DNA of 46,290 nt from Oligoflexales bacterium. Lineage in GTDB: Bacteria; Bdellovibrionota_B; Oligoflexia; Oligoflexales; CAIYRB01. A model generated the notes under the pieces. The model saw only the letters and a list, made by a program, of their open reading frames with translations. It was not told where the DNA came from and ran no database searches. Position numbers and translations under genes: made by a program. Each line of letters opens with the position of its first letter. Within the stretch, counting starts at the first letter, position 1. The stretch covers positions 1 to 46,290 of the forward strand of contig JBGSUI010000057.1 of NCBI GenBank assembly GCA_041736175.1, written 5' to 3'. This document shows, in pieces, positions 19,707 through 29,670 of this stretch.

Positions 19707-20357
19707 GTGATGGAATCCAGCATTTGGGTTATTGAAAAACCTCAACTAAATGGAGTGGTCTCCCAAATCATCGGTGATTTTGCCATCAAGGCTTTTGCCT
19801 CCTATGAGGCGTTTTGGTTTTTTAGAAAAATTAGACGGACCCATCCATGTTGTGCAATCGTCGTGAATCGGATGGATTTTCAAGAGGTCGAGGGTTGGGT
19901 TTATCATTGTGTTTCACAGGTAAAGACTCCGCCAATCTTTGGAATTTTCAAAGACCGGCTTACCATCCATGGGGACTTGGACTTGCCGACCAGCACTCCC
20001 CTCCTTAAGCTCAAGGGTTTTTTGCGAGAAATTGCCGAGACCTCTAACAAACCAGTTGTCCGTGAAACCAATCGTTATCTTCTTGAGCCTCATCTCCTTA
20101 TTTGTAGAGACCTCGAGCTGGGGGAGTCTGTCCTCTTGACCCAAAAAGAAGTTAGACTTTTAGGGCGATTTTTAGAGTCGCCCCAAGAATGTATCACCCG
20201 AAAGGAAATCATCAGCCTGATCTGGCCGGATACCCTCGTGACCCCACGAACCCTGGATTGTCATATTTCCAGGTTGCGAAAAAAAATCCAGAGGATTGGC
20301 CTTGAAATCGAAGCGATCTACGGGGGGGGCTACTGTTTAGGGATCTCTCCCAAATAA
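19707..20357 (+). CDS. OmpR-type winged-helix regulator with degenerate receiver domain
   Basis: LTQKEVRLL..RKEII..IW..RTLDCHISRLRKKI..IYGGGY. Confidence 0.75.
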   Translation: MMESSIWVIEKPQLNGVVSQIIGDFAIKAFASYEAFWFFRKIRRTHPCCAIVVNRMDFQEVEGWVYHCVSQVKTPPIFGIFKDRLTIHGDLDLPTSTPLLKLKGFLREIAETSNKPVVRETNRYLLEPHLLICRDLELGESVLLTQKEVRLLGRFLESPQECITRKEIISLIWPDTLVTPRTLDCHISRLRKKIQRIGLEIEAIYGGGYCLGISPK

Positions 20358-20374
20358 ACAATAGTAGAAGAGCG

Positions 20375-20995
20375 CTACCTCATGCGGTGATTCCAAGGTT
20401 TATAGAATTCATGGCTTAATTCCAGAGAGTCCAAGATCCTTCCGACCACAAAATTGACCAGATCATCAAGGGACTTAGGTTTAAAATAAAACCCTGGCAT
20501 CGCAGGTATGATGTGGGCTCCTAACTCGCAAAGTGTCAGCATATTTTTAAGGTGAATGGGCGACAATGGGGTTTCCCTCGGAACCACAATAAGAGGCTTT
20601 TTTTGTTTGATCATGACATCAGCGGTTCGCTCTAGGAGGCTGCTAGAGACACCGGTGGCGACTCTTGCCAGGGTGCCCATGGAGCAGGGGACGATGACCA
20701 TATGGGTCGGAGCAGAGGTGCCACTGGCCACCGGTGCAAACAGATCGTTAATGCCTAAAACCCGGATAATTTTTGTTTGCTCTGGAGTTAGGTTTTTTGC
20801 CAACAGGTCCAAGAGAGAAGGTCCTGAGGTAGGTTGCGTGAGCTCATAGCGGGCGACTTTTTCTCCGGCTTCTGTGCTGACGATATAGATGCGATCAACA
20901 AGCTCCACAAGCTTGCCGATTAACCGTTCCGCATAAATCGACCCCGAAGCACCAGTGATACCGACGAAAACTCTGGATTTTTTAAGGTGATTCAA
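20375..20995 (-). CDS. ubiX: Flavin prenyltransferase UbiX
   Basis: VGITGASGSIYA, PCSMGTLA, PRETPL, PAMPGFY; likely TTG start overlapping the ubiA-like stop. Confidence 0.92.
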   Translation of the reverse strand: MNHLKKSRVFVGITGASGSIYAERLIGKLVELVDRIYIVSTEAGEKVARYELTQPTSGPSLLDLLAKNLTPEQTKIIRVLGINDLFAPVASGTSAPTHMVIVPCSMGTLARVATGVSSSLLERTADVMIKQKKPLIVVPRETPLSPIHLKNMLTLCELGAHIIPAMPGFYFKPKSLDDLVNFVVGRILDSLELSHEFYKPWNHRMR

Positions 20996-21903
20996 GAAAA
21001 TTTTCTCGCCAAGATAGTAAAGACCAAAAAAACCACGCTGACCCAGCCATTGACCCCAAAAAAAGCCTGATTTAATTTTTGGGACTGGCCAGTCTTCCAT
21101 AAGTCGCGAACGATCCAGAGTTCGATGGTTAAGATCGTGGCGACCACCCCAACTCCAACCCCATAAAGAATTCCTAAATCTTCTCGTTGGCCCACGCAAA
21201 CCCAGGAGAGGATGGCGAGGCCAAAAGCGAGGCTGGTCAAGAGGTAAGAAGCCTTTGGACCAAAGGCGCTGGGCACACTTTTAAGGCCCTGGTTTTGGTC
21301 AAAGGAAAGGTCTTGGAGAGAGTATAAAATATCAAAGCCAGCGGTCCAAAACCCAATGCCGAGTCCTAGCAGCAGGGTGCTGGTCGTGAACTCCTGTTGG
21401 ATGGCCACCTGAACAGCCAGTGGGCTGAGACCAAGGCAGAGGCCTAAATAAAAATGAGTTAACCAGGTGTATCGTTTAAGTAGAGAGTACGCCGCTAAAA
21501 AGAGCAGCAGTGGTATCGATAAACCCAGAGTGAGGGTCCCCAGTTGTCCTGCGCAAAAGATAAAGAGACAGGCTGCCAGCAGTGTCCAGCTGAGGCTTTC
21601 ATGGGGTGTCATTTTTCCACTGGGAATCATCCGTTGGTGCGTACGGGGGTTAAGCCGGTCGATCTTCCAGTCAAGGAGACGATTGGCGCCCATGGCAAAG
21701 GACCTGGCGAAGATCATGCAAAGAAGGAGCCATCCGAGCTGCATAGCGGTGGGTTGGGGGAGGGGCTGCACAAAAAAAACGGACCCCGCAAAAGGCATTG
21801 CAAAGATGGAATGGGAGATTTTAATATCCCTGCCAAATGATATAAGAGAATGAAAAATATTGGAAATCTTCTCAGGGAAAAGTTCGTGGGTCAGTAGGCG
21901 CAT
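20992..21903 (-). CDS. ubiA: UbiA-family prenyltransferase (MqnP-like)
   Basis: ARSFAMGANRLLD..ID..NPRT..R, GFDILYSLQD; multiple TMs. Confidence 0.85.
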   Translation of the reverse strand: MRLLTHELFPEKISNIFHSLISFGRDIKISHSIFAMPFAGSVFFVQPLPQPTAMQLGWLLLCMIFARSFAMGANRLLDWKIDRLNPRTHQRMIPSGKMTPHESLSWTLLAACLFIFCAGQLGTLTLGLSIPLLLFLAAYSLLKRYTWLTHFYLGLCLGLSPLAVQVAIQQEFTTSTLLLGLGIGFWTAGFDILYSLQDLSFDQNQGLKSVPSAFGPKASYLLTSLAFGLAILSWVCVGQREDLGILYGVGVGVVATILTIELWIVRDLWKTGQSQKLNQAFFGVNGWVSVVFLVFTILARKFS

Positions 21904-23063
21904 AACGAGTAGTTCCACTCCGCTTCAATCTTGTTTTTTGTTAAAAAGTAAGAGGTCCCTTTGCCGGGAGCTTTGTAGAGCCACTGCATTTTAGTTCCTT
22001 TAGCAAAGATCCCCATATAGCTGGGGCGGGCGATCCCTTGGCCCTTGAGGTTATATCTCGCAATTGTGCTTTCTTCGTCAATCCAATTGATCATAAGAAT
22101 TTCTGGGGTTTTGTCGCCAGGTACGATAAGGGGTTCGGTGGTGTGGGTGTCCTTTAGGGCCAGTTGTTTGGAGTTTTTGAGGAGAGCACCGCTAGGACCC
22201 AGCTCTAGGGAGGCAGCCACAAGCTGGGCTTGGCCAATCAGGGTGTCGCCGTCGACGAGGACGAGCATGTGTTGGTCCCGGTCGCGGCTCAGGGTCCAGC
22301 TTTCGATTTGGCTTTGGATATTGTAGGGCAGATTCAGCACAGGTCCCGGTTGACCGCCCCCTCCGTTTGAGCTGATACCAGAAACCCAACGGTATCTGAG
22401 GGGAGCTTTCGGTTCATCAGGTCTCCAAACCAGGTAAGCCCCTTGGGGCGCACTCACGAGGGTGGGCTTTGACTCAAAGGTGACAGGGACCCTTTTGATC
22501 GATAATTGGTCTTTTGCTAAGAGCTGGATTAGGGCGAGCTTGTCGGAGTTGTCCCGATCTTCGTATTGGAGCCAAAATCCACCTTTTGTACTTTTGATAA
22601 ACCCGTCATCGATGGATTCGTTGGCAAGTAGGGTCTTGCCTCTGACGACATTATCGGGGATGGTGCGGAGTTCTATCTGGACACCCTGGGAGGTGTTGAG
22701 TGCGGTAAAAATCAGTTTTCGTTTCCCAAGGTAAAAGCCCCCAAGGGTAGTTCCCCCCCGAGGGAGTTCAATGGGCTGGGCTTTTATCGGTTCCAGATCG
22801 ACTGAGTTTTGAAAAGGCAAAAAATATTGCCCTCGATTTGCAGTACGGGTCAAAACGGAAACCACAAATCCCCGCATCGAGTCTTGGGCATCATGGACAG
22901 GTTTAATCGTCTCAATCCTGAGGTCCTTCGATCTTTTGGGCCAGGGTGAGCATTCGATATCTTCAGCGTGATCTAAGGCTGCCCAGGCTGATTTATGGTC
23001 CTTACCAGATGTGATACATCCTGTGAGGATGACTAGCGAAACTTGGAGAATAAGCGATCTCAT
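21891..23063 (-). CDS. Hypothetical lipoprotein, beta-rich
   Basis: Lipobox ILTGC; 390-aa ORF. Confidence 0.65.
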   Translation of the reverse strand: MRSLILQVSLVILTGCITSGKDHKSAWAALDHAEDIECSPWPKRSKDLRIETIKPVHDAQDSMRGFVVSVLTRTANRGQYFLPFQNSVDLEPIKAQPIELPRGGTTLGGFYLGKRKLIFTALNTSQGVQIELRTIPDNVVRGKTLLANESIDDGFIKSTKGGFWLQYEDRDNSDKLALIQLLAKDQLSIKRVPVTFESKPTLVSAPQGAYLVWRPDEPKAPLRYRWVSGISSNGGGGQPGPVLNLPYNIQSQIESWTLSRDRDQHMLVLVDGDTLIGQAQLVAASLELGPSGALLKNSKQLALKDTHTTEPLIVPGDKTPEILMINWIDEESTIARYNLKGQGIARPSYMGIFAKGTKMQWLYKAPGKGTSYFLTKNKIEAEWNYSLCAY

Positions 23064-23152
23064 GGTTAGACTTCCTAAAAAATTATTTCTAAAGATTCAA
23101 GACAAAATGTCGATGGTTCACTGGTATTGATTTATCTTACTGTTTTTCTTTT

Positions 23153-23650
23153 ATGATAGATCTTACCAAGAATCAGGAGATAAGAGCCATATTTTCGCTA
23201 GTTCGACAAAAAATCACCTCTAAACATTTTCTAGAGAAAGTCTCTGGAAAATTTTGGAGTCGCTGGATCGGCAAGCCACGGTTAAAGTCTCGTTCAAAAG
23301 AAAAAACTTTTGAAATCAGAAATACATTTAAGAAAACCTATCAATATGCTGGTGTTGTGGCTTTTTTGGAATCGGCGGGTTGTGTGTCAGCCAGCTTGCA
23401 GGTCGCGGAACCCGATGGGGTCTCTCTACCGATCCTAAAAAATTCTGCAAATGAATGTTATTATCTTGATGAATTTATGCCTGTACCCGATGGTCTTGTC
23501 ACGGGTAAATCCGGGACCTTAGATCTCCGATATTATACCTATAAGACAGCTAACTATAAAGAATGGCGGCTAAAAGGGATTATGCTTTCCTTTTATTCAC
23601 GTAACGGTCGATGTTGGTCGCTCTTTGAAGAGTATTACATCGCCGAATAA
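23153..23650 (+). CDS. Hypothetical protein
   Basis: 165-aa ORF filling the intergenic gap; sigma28-like site at 23090-23116. Confidence 0.55.
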   Translation: MIDLTKNQEIRAIFSLVRQKITSKHFLEKVSGKFWSRWIGKPRLKSRSKEKTFEIRNTFKKTYQYAGVVAFLESAGCVSASLQVAEPDGVSLPILKNSANECYYLDEFMPVPDGLVTGKSGTLDLRYYTYKTANYKEWRLKGIMLSFYSRNGRCWSLFEEYYIAE

Positions 23651-23765
23651 AAGGGCTGCATCACAAGATTCGAAGATCGGGTATAATAAAGGAATCTAGC
23701 TTTTTGGGCCGGATGGCTTTTATTCAGATCATTGATGGACCTTTTAGTGATTCGGAGCCTCTTCT

Positions 23766-24761
23766 ATGGACTTTCGTGGCCTAGCAGCGTTTTTGACTGT
23801 TTTCCTGACCTGGAGCTGCGTCACAACCGAAAAGGTCAACCATGTGGCCACCGGAAACCAATATGCTAAGGATGGTCTCCTCAGGGAAGCCTCAGAATCA
23901 TACAAAAAAGCTTTAGTCTCTAATGGAAACAATCAGACTGCAAACCGCAATCTGGGTATGGTTTTAGTTAAGATCGGTGATTACAAGTCGGCAATCAAAT
24001 ATCTCGAAAAATCTCTCTCTAAATACGAGAATGATTTTGACGCTAATTTCTATCTTGGCGAAGCCTACCGAGCCATCGATAATTATGCTGAGGCTATTTT
24101 TCGGTATAAAAGAGCGTTACAAATCAAGCCAGATACGGCGCGAGCCCAAAAGCCCCTAGCATGGAGTTATTTTAAGATTCGCTACTATAGCGAAGCATTG
24201 GCCATCTCTAAGTCGCTTTTGAAATCAACCCCAGACGACGATCAGGTTGCTATTATCGTGGCCAGAACCCTATTAAAACTCAAACGACCTAAAGAGTCGC
24301 TTGCAGTCCTCAAAAATGCAAAACCAAAAATCAATCGAGGGGCAAAGCCGTTTTTTGCAAGCCTTGAGGGGGATATTTACGCAGAGTTAAAAAACCCAGA
24401 TCAGGCCATTAAATCCTACAAAGCTGCCCTTAAGGATCAGCCTCTCCTTGCGGGAGCACTGCTCGGTCTTGGCAAAGTTATGGCGGAGCAAGGAAACAAT
24501 AAGCAAGCTATATCCTACATGGAACGGGCCGTGAGAATCAGACCGAGACTCACCGAAGGCCACTATCTCCTAGGCAAGGCTTATGAAACTATAGATCCCC
24601 AAAAATCCATGCGTTATTATCAAATCTTTCGTAAACAAGCCTCAGCAGACCCGGAATTCATTGCGATGCTTTCCGAGGTTAAGGCTAAAATGTTGACCCT
24701 CTCGACCTCTCCTAAGTCCCCGCCGTCGACTTCTAAGAAAGCCGCGAAGAATTTAGAGTGA
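23766..24761 (+). CDS. TPR-repeat lipoprotein
   Basis: LTWSC lipobox-like; repeated TPR helices (NLGMVL, FYLGEAY, LGLGKV, YLLGKAY). Confidence 0.85.
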   Translation: MDFRGLAAFLTVFLTWSCVTTEKVNHVATGNQYAKDGLLREASESYKKALVSNGNNQTANRNLGMVLVKIGDYKSAIKYLEKSLSKYENDFDANFYLGEAYRAIDNYAEAIFRYKRALQIKPDTARAQKPLAWSYFKIRYYSEALAISKSLLKSTPDDDQVAIIVARTLLKLKRPKESLAVLKNAKPKINRGAKPFFASLEGDIYAELKNPDQAIKSYKAALKDQPLLAGALLGLGKVMAEQGNNKQAISYMERAVRIRPRLTEGHYLLGKAYETIDPQKSMRYYQIFRKQASADPEFIAMLSEVKAKMLTLSTSPKSPPSTSKKAAKNLE

Positions 24762-24769
24762 CAGGTTGA

Positions 24770-26275
24770 TTATTCCACACTATAGCAAATATCTTGGTAG
24801 CTCTGGTGTTCCATCGGTAGGGTAAAACATAAGATCCAGTCGTTAAGCAAGGTATTCATGCCTAGTGCTAGAGCTTTATCTTTCCAGATTTTTGCCAAAT
24901 GAGCCTGCTTGTTTTCTGAAAACCCTATGGGTAGCTGACAATCAAAGTAGACACAATCATTCTTAGGGAAAATCTTGACAGTTGGTGTCCAATCTTTTTG
25001 ATTAGAATAGACCGAAGCCAGAAGATAGGCTACATGACCGTGAGCTAGGATCGTGGGTGGAATATCCTCAGTCACTTCAAACCTCACCCTTAGCCCCTGG
25101 AGGTGAGCTGTAAACCAGTCGTAGCTTGATTGTAATTTGGTGATTGAAAATGGGCCAATTCCTAAAATATCAATATTTTCAGAAACCAGGTAAAAATAGT
25201 CCTCGTTGAGCAGTGGGCCTTCTTGGAGAAGAACACTAGCGTAAAGAGTAAGCATCGCTAGGAGAGGGTACCAATTTTTGCGCGAATCGTGCAGCTTCGT
25301 GGTCTTGGAATTGAGAAATAGCAAACCGACCTGCCGACCTCGGTTGTGGATAGGGATCATCGCACCCGATTGATACCCAAACTGGTGCAAGCGCTGCATG
25401 GATTTTTGGGGAGGCCGATTTTGCCGCTTATAGTTGTCGATTATTTTATTGACATCAATGGTCCGTATTGAGCCTCTTGGAATATTGAAAATCGATCCGG
25501 ACAAATCCACAAAACAGCTATATCCGGCTGGCATGGGGTTTTGGGTATCCGAGGTTGCCGATGAAAGGGCCACGAATTGGCTGGAAAGACCAACGCGGCG
25601 GACCAGGCAGACCCGATCGATTTCATCCATTTGGCATTGGTTACGGAGGATTTCTAGAGCTTGCTCGGCAAAATTTTGCCGCTGATGGACCATGGCTAGC
25701 TGGGATAAAGCGACGTAGGACCAAGCCAAGTCCTCACTGATATGGTTGCGAGAGAGAAAAAAGGAGCGAAAATGGAGCGGACTGGTCACCTCCGCATCCT
25801 GCTCTAGCGGTGGTCCGGGGAGGCCATTCTCGCCATAGGTAGCTGAGGGTGGTGAGAGAGCCGCTGTCTGGCGATGAATCGCGGTTTGGAGGGGGTGCTT
25901 AGGAACCAGTGTGATGTGGTTTGCGATGACAGGTAAGTTTAGGGGGTGACGAGGATTATGCCTCAGGCCCTCCAAGCACTTTGCAATGGCAGAGTCCCAC
26001 TCCGCGAGCTGATCGATAAACTCAGCGGCGACTGTGAGTTCCTTTTGAGAACGCAGGCGGTCCAGTTGATTTTCGAGCAAATGGAGGCCTTCAGCTAAAT
26101 TTGAGCAACCTACAGAAGCACCTGATCCCTTGATCGTATGGACGATCCGAAAAGCTTCGTCGACCAATTTTTTGGTGTCGCCACCTCGGCTGAGTTCCTG
26201 ACAGACCTTGCTAAAACGGTCATTTAACTCTACAGCTTCTTCGATAAACTCTAAAATGAAATTAGGTTCTTCCAT
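24770..26275 (-). CDS. Hpt (CheA-P1-like) plus GAF domain protein
   Basis: EFIEEA..FRIVHTIKG..HLLE; GAF-like AMIPI..QVGLLFLNSK. Confidence 0.7.
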   Translation of the reverse strand: MEEPNFILEFIEEAVELNDRFSKVCQELSRGGDTKKLVDEAFRIVHTIKGSGASVGCSNLAEGLHLLENQLDRLRSQKELTVAAEFIDQLAEWDSAIAKCLEGLRHNPRHPLNLPVIANHITLVPKHPLQTAIHRQTAALSPPSATYGENGLPGPPLEQDAEVTSPLHFRSFFLSRNHISEDLAWSYVALSQLAMVHQRQNFAEQALEILRNQCQMDEIDRVCLVRRVGLSSQFVALSSATSDTQNPMPAGYSCFVDLSGSIFNIPRGSIRTIDVNKIIDNYKRQNRPPQKSMQRLHQFGYQSGAMIPIHNRGRQVGLLFLNSKTTKLHDSRKNWYPLLAMLTLYASVLLQEGPLLNEDYFYLVSENIDILGIGPFSITKLQSSYDWFTAHLQGLRVRFEVTEDIPPTILAHGHVAYLLASVYSNQKDWTPTVKIFPKNDCVYFDCQLPIGFSENKQAHLAKIWKDKALALGMNTLLNDWILCFTLPMEHQSYQDICYSVE

Positions 26276-26417
26276 AAATGTTTCCCTTTGCCGCCAATTA
26301 GGAAAAATATTTTTTTTAGTATAACAATAGACCGCAAGTTTTAACCATGTTTAATGCAAACACGAGCGGTTTAAAATCATAATATGGCTTATTGGTAAAA
26401 GCGAGCGACCAATATCT

Positions 26418-26828
26418 TTAGAGGATCTTCATTTCGGCTTTTTGGTAGCTCAAGAGGCTTCGGCGGGCTTCAAACAGATTTTTGTATGATTCATAGCGGA
26501 TTCGAAGGCGCTCGCTTTCGGCCTTTGTGGCAGAAAACTTTTCGACAAATGCTAGATACTCGGGATCGCTGTCTGTCAGGCGCCTCAATTTGGCTTCGGT
26601 AAGAGTCCCATCATCTAAGCGAAGGGAAATGTGAGCTTTAACAATCGGGCGCATCAACTCAAGACGTTCTGCTTCTTGTTTAGCTTTGACATATTCAAGC
26701 CCAATCTTGTTAGCCAAATGGACAATCTCCTCCAGTCCTAATCGGTCTGCAGGGCGATCGAGGGCTTGCTGGTTTTTTCCGGTAACGCCAGAATCGTTTA
26801 GGCTTTTAGGCAAATTTGGACTAACCAT
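26418..26828 (-). CDS. All-helical hypothetical protein, phage-like (UvsY-like)
   Basis: TEAKLRRLTDSDPEY...RRSLLSYQKAEM pattern. Confidence 0.55.
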   Translation of the reverse strand: MVSPNLPKSLNDSGVTGKNQQALDRPADRLGLEEIVHLANKIGLEYVKAKQEAERLELMRPIVKAHISLRLDDGTLTEAKLRRLTDSDPEYLAFVEKFSATKAESERLRIRYESYKNLFEARRSLLSYQKAEMKIL

Positions 26829-26962
26829 CGCGGACTCCGGAAATTGATCTTTAATTTCAAAGGTTTTACTGAATCTCGGGCTATAGAGGGGACAGAGGGT
26901 GAGACTGCGCCTTATAGACCGTAAGCAAACCTCGAGGATTATAGGGCTTTTTTAAAAGACAC

Positions 26963-26990
26963 TCAAGTATTCTCTTAAGGATTCCGATAT
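26963..26990 (+). promoter_or_regulatory. sigma28-type promoter
   Basis: TCAA-N16-TCCGATAT upstream of 27129. Confidence 0.45.
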
Positions 26991-27128
26991 CCCCCTGGGA
27001 GTGCTGAGAGACTTTTCGGCCAGAGAATTGACTGGCCAGCCGGTTAGTGAGAAAATCAGGGTGTAGGGCTTTACCGCACATCCAACACGAAATCCAAATT
27101 TTGAGTTCGGACAGGAGGGACCCTTTCG

Positions 27129-27737
27129 GTGAATCACAGCTTACTCGTCAAACCAGAAGAGTTTTTTAGGGAAAAAGTCTCAGAGGCGATTTCCAATCAA
27201 AACCTACTGATTTCGCAAGATGTGGAATCCTATGTGGTCAATCTTTTGGTTGACTTTATAGACCCCACAAAACTCGAAGCCAACGGCCAAGATATCCTAG
27301 GAATCGACACACCGCTTGCGCTGATCCTCAAATCAGCTTTAGAAGCGCCCCCTGCTCACCGGCTTAAGATATTTAAAAGCATGGGAGATATAAGCCTTTA
27401 TCTAGCGGGATTTTTCCAGGATTACTTTAACCGGCGGATCATCGACGTGAGCTACTATATATCGATGGGTGCCTCAGCCTATGACAACGTGGCCACGATT
27501 ATACGTAACCAATACCGAGACCCCCAATTTGCCGATACCTTTGGCCGTCTCTCGGAGAGATTTGATCAACTGGTCGAAGTGGTGGCGGAAGTCTCAGAAA
27601 ATCAAAACGCCGAAAAGCCTATCGATATTTTATCGGTCTATGACCGTTGGACCAGAACCCACTCGGAACGTCTGCGTCGATCGCTACAAAAAATCGGAAT
27701 CATACCTATCGAAACCAGCATGCGGGAACGACAATAG
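27129..27737 (+). CDS. Conserved-looking hypothetical protein
   Basis: SD AGGAGG and GTG; MGDISLYLAGFFQD..DVSYYISMGASAY block. Confidence 0.7.
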   Translation: MNHSLLVKPEEFFREKVSEAISNQNLLISQDVESYVVNLLVDFIDPTKLEANGQDILGIDTPLALILKSALEAPPAHRLKIFKSMGDISLYLAGFFQDYFNRRIIDVSYYISMGASAYDNVATIIRNQYRDPQFADTFGRLSERFDQLVEVVAEVSENQNAEKPIDILSVYDRWTRTHSERLRRSLQKIGIIPIETSMRERQ

Positions 27738-27754
27738 GGCTATGGTGGCTATTT

Positions 27755-28438
27755 ATGGGTCAAAAACCAAGCGAATTCCAAAAAGTAGTCCATTATGTCG
27801 AGGCGACCTTAGGACATTATTACGGATTCGTTCCACAGATGACTGCCCTGGAGCATATCGTAACTCGAGAAGCTCTGCAGGACCAATTTGGAGAGTCTGT
27901 TAGAAGACTGCCAGAGTTTGAATCCCGTGCCGGAGTGTACTTGTATAATGATATCGATAAAGAAGAACTGTTTATCGGTATGCATGTGGACGAGAAGGTC
28001 CAGTCGCACCTTGAAGGTGAGTCACCGCTTACGGGAGTAACAAGAGAAAATATCGATTCTTTTTGGGTGCTTATCGAGGAAGTCAGCCATTTTCACCTGT
28101 TGATCAATCGCATCAGCCAAAACCGCGGCGTGAGTAAGCTAGAATTAGAATGGCAGGGTGAGATTGATAAACTTTTAGTCGCTGCCTTGACCCTTAGGGC
28201 CCAAAGTGGGGATCCTTGCCTCAAAGATCTTGTAAACCTTTTGCATGAGCATTCTGATATCACGGCACACAGGGAGCTTAAGGAGATCTACGAAGAAGCC
28301 AACCGTTATGCGGCGCGTTTTTGGCATCGGACCCTTAAAAGTCCAAGGCCCCTAGGTGATGAGACCAAGGGATTTTTGCGGGATAGTTACTGGGTACTTT
28401 GGAACGAAAAAAAGTCTCGCCTTGTGAGATTACCATAA
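27755..28438 (+). CDS. Hypothetical protein, possible metal-binding EExxH motif
   Basis: LIEEVSHFH..LELEWQGEIDK; ATG 27755 follows the previous stop. Confidence 0.65.
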   Translation: MGQKPSEFQKVVHYVEATLGHYYGFVPQMTALEHIVTREALQDQFGESVRRLPEFESRAGVYLYNDIDKEELFIGMHVDEKVQSHLEGESPLTGVTRENIDSFWVLIEEVSHFHLLINRISQNRGVSKLELEWQGEIDKLLVAALTLRAQSGDPCLKDLVNLLHEHSDITAHRELKEIYEEANRYAARFWHRTLKSPRPLGDETKGFLRDSYWVLWNEKKSRLVRLP

Positions 28439-29152
28439 ATGGTACTCTGTCTGAGTCGCCATATAAACCCCGTAAATAACAGCCAGGGCAAAGGCTAGTC
28501 CTAAAATCAGGCCTTTGGGTTGGTTGCGGGGTTGGACGGAATTAGGAAACCAGTTTAAGAAGGCTGCTGAGAGCCAGACTCCCGTGATAAGTCCACCCAT
28601 ATGGGCCGCATGATCGATCATGGGGACCATAAAACCGATCATAAGGTTGAGTATGATCACCGGATAAAAAGATTTGACCATAGAGGTCTTAGCGAGGAGA
28701 GGATTAGGACTCCGACTGATGGCCCACTCAAACCAAAATCCCGCACCCATAATCCCAGAAAGAGATCCTGATGCACCTGCACTTGGATTGGGGGTTGATA
28801 TGGTGCTGGCGATATTGCCTACGATGCCTGCCACTAAATAAATCGTTAAAAAAAGCTTTTTGCCAAAGACACGCTCCGTATAGGGTCCGAGGGCATAAAG
28901 GCTGTAACTGTTGACCATAAAGTGGATCAGACCAATATGGATAAAAAGCGGAGTTGCAAACCGCCAATACTCTCCGGCCAAAATCGAATTTGATTCCTTA
29001 GCCCCCCAGTAAAACAGGCTGCTACCCTGGGGAGACATAAGCGAGCCGGACTGCCAGGAAATCAGCAGGAAAACAACTAAATTAATAAGTGTGATCCAGC
29101 CGGTGCAACTTGAAACCAGCACCTTAAAACTATTTTGTTTTGGACTATTCAT
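28430..29152 (-). CDS. Rhomboid intramembrane serine protease
   Basis: WRF..FIH..HF..N, GASG, HMGG. Confidence 0.92.
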   Translation of the reverse strand: MNSPKQNSFKVLVSSCTGWITLINLVVFLLISWQSGSLMSPQGSSLFYWGAKESNSILAGEYWRFATPLFIHIGLIHFMVNSYSLYALGPYTERVFGKKLFLTIYLVAGIVGNIASTISTPNPSAGASGSLSGIMGAGFWFEWAISRSPNPLLAKTSMVKSFYPVIILNLMIGFMVPMIDHAAHMGGLITGVWLSAAFLNWFPNSVQPRNQPKGLILGLAFALAVIYGVYMATQTEYHLW

Positions 29153-29193
29153 TTTAAAATTTTCACCGGCTTCAGACCTTTAAACTTTGGGAC

Positions 29194-29670
29194 CTAGAAA
29201 ACCTGATAATCCATGGAGGGAGCATGCATCTCTAAAAATTTACTGGCAGTCAAACCATTTTGAGGTATCTTTGAAGACATCAACCATACTGGAACATACG
29301 TGGTCCCAGCGCCCGGGAGGTAAACTAGAACTTGGGAGAGTTCGACGCTTTTTTGGGGAGCACCAAGGTATTCGGCGGCTAGGCGTACGACGAGACCTGG
29401 CTTAAGCCCAACATGAATATTTGTGCTCACCAATTTGAGCTCGTTAAACTGGCTGGTAGGACTCACCTTTTTAAAAAAGACCTCAAACCCCCCTAGGTCC
29501 AATCTTTTGACATCTGATACCAGGTATTCGCCAGTAATAGGCCCCTTAGGCGACTCTTGGGCCTGTGCTTGGGGAGCAAACCTTGAGATTGCTGATAACA
29601 ATGGTGCTGGCATTGCTGATGACATAAACAAAACGGTCCACAACATACGCCACGAAAAAAATTGTTTCAT
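29194..29670 (-). CDS. Hypothetical exported protein
   Basis: Signal-like N-terminus; ATGA overlap with the hutH stop. Confidence 0.6.
   Translation of the reverse strand: MKQFFSWRMLWTVLFMSSAMPAPLLSAISRFAPQAQAQESPKGPITGEYLVSDVKRLDLGGFEVFFKKVSPTSQFNELKLVSTNIHVGLKPGLVVRLAAEYLGAPQKSVELSQVLVYLPGAGTTYVPVWLMSSKIPQNGLTASKFLEMHAPSMDYQVF

Noticed and set aside
20996..21199. N-terminal extension of the UbiX ORF
   Set aside because: Overlaps ubiA in another frame; UbiX similarity starts near 20995
26990..27120. Possible structured RNA in the leader of 27129
   Set aside because: Only short stems (GGCCAG/CTGGCC); no recognisable riboswitch or 6S pattern
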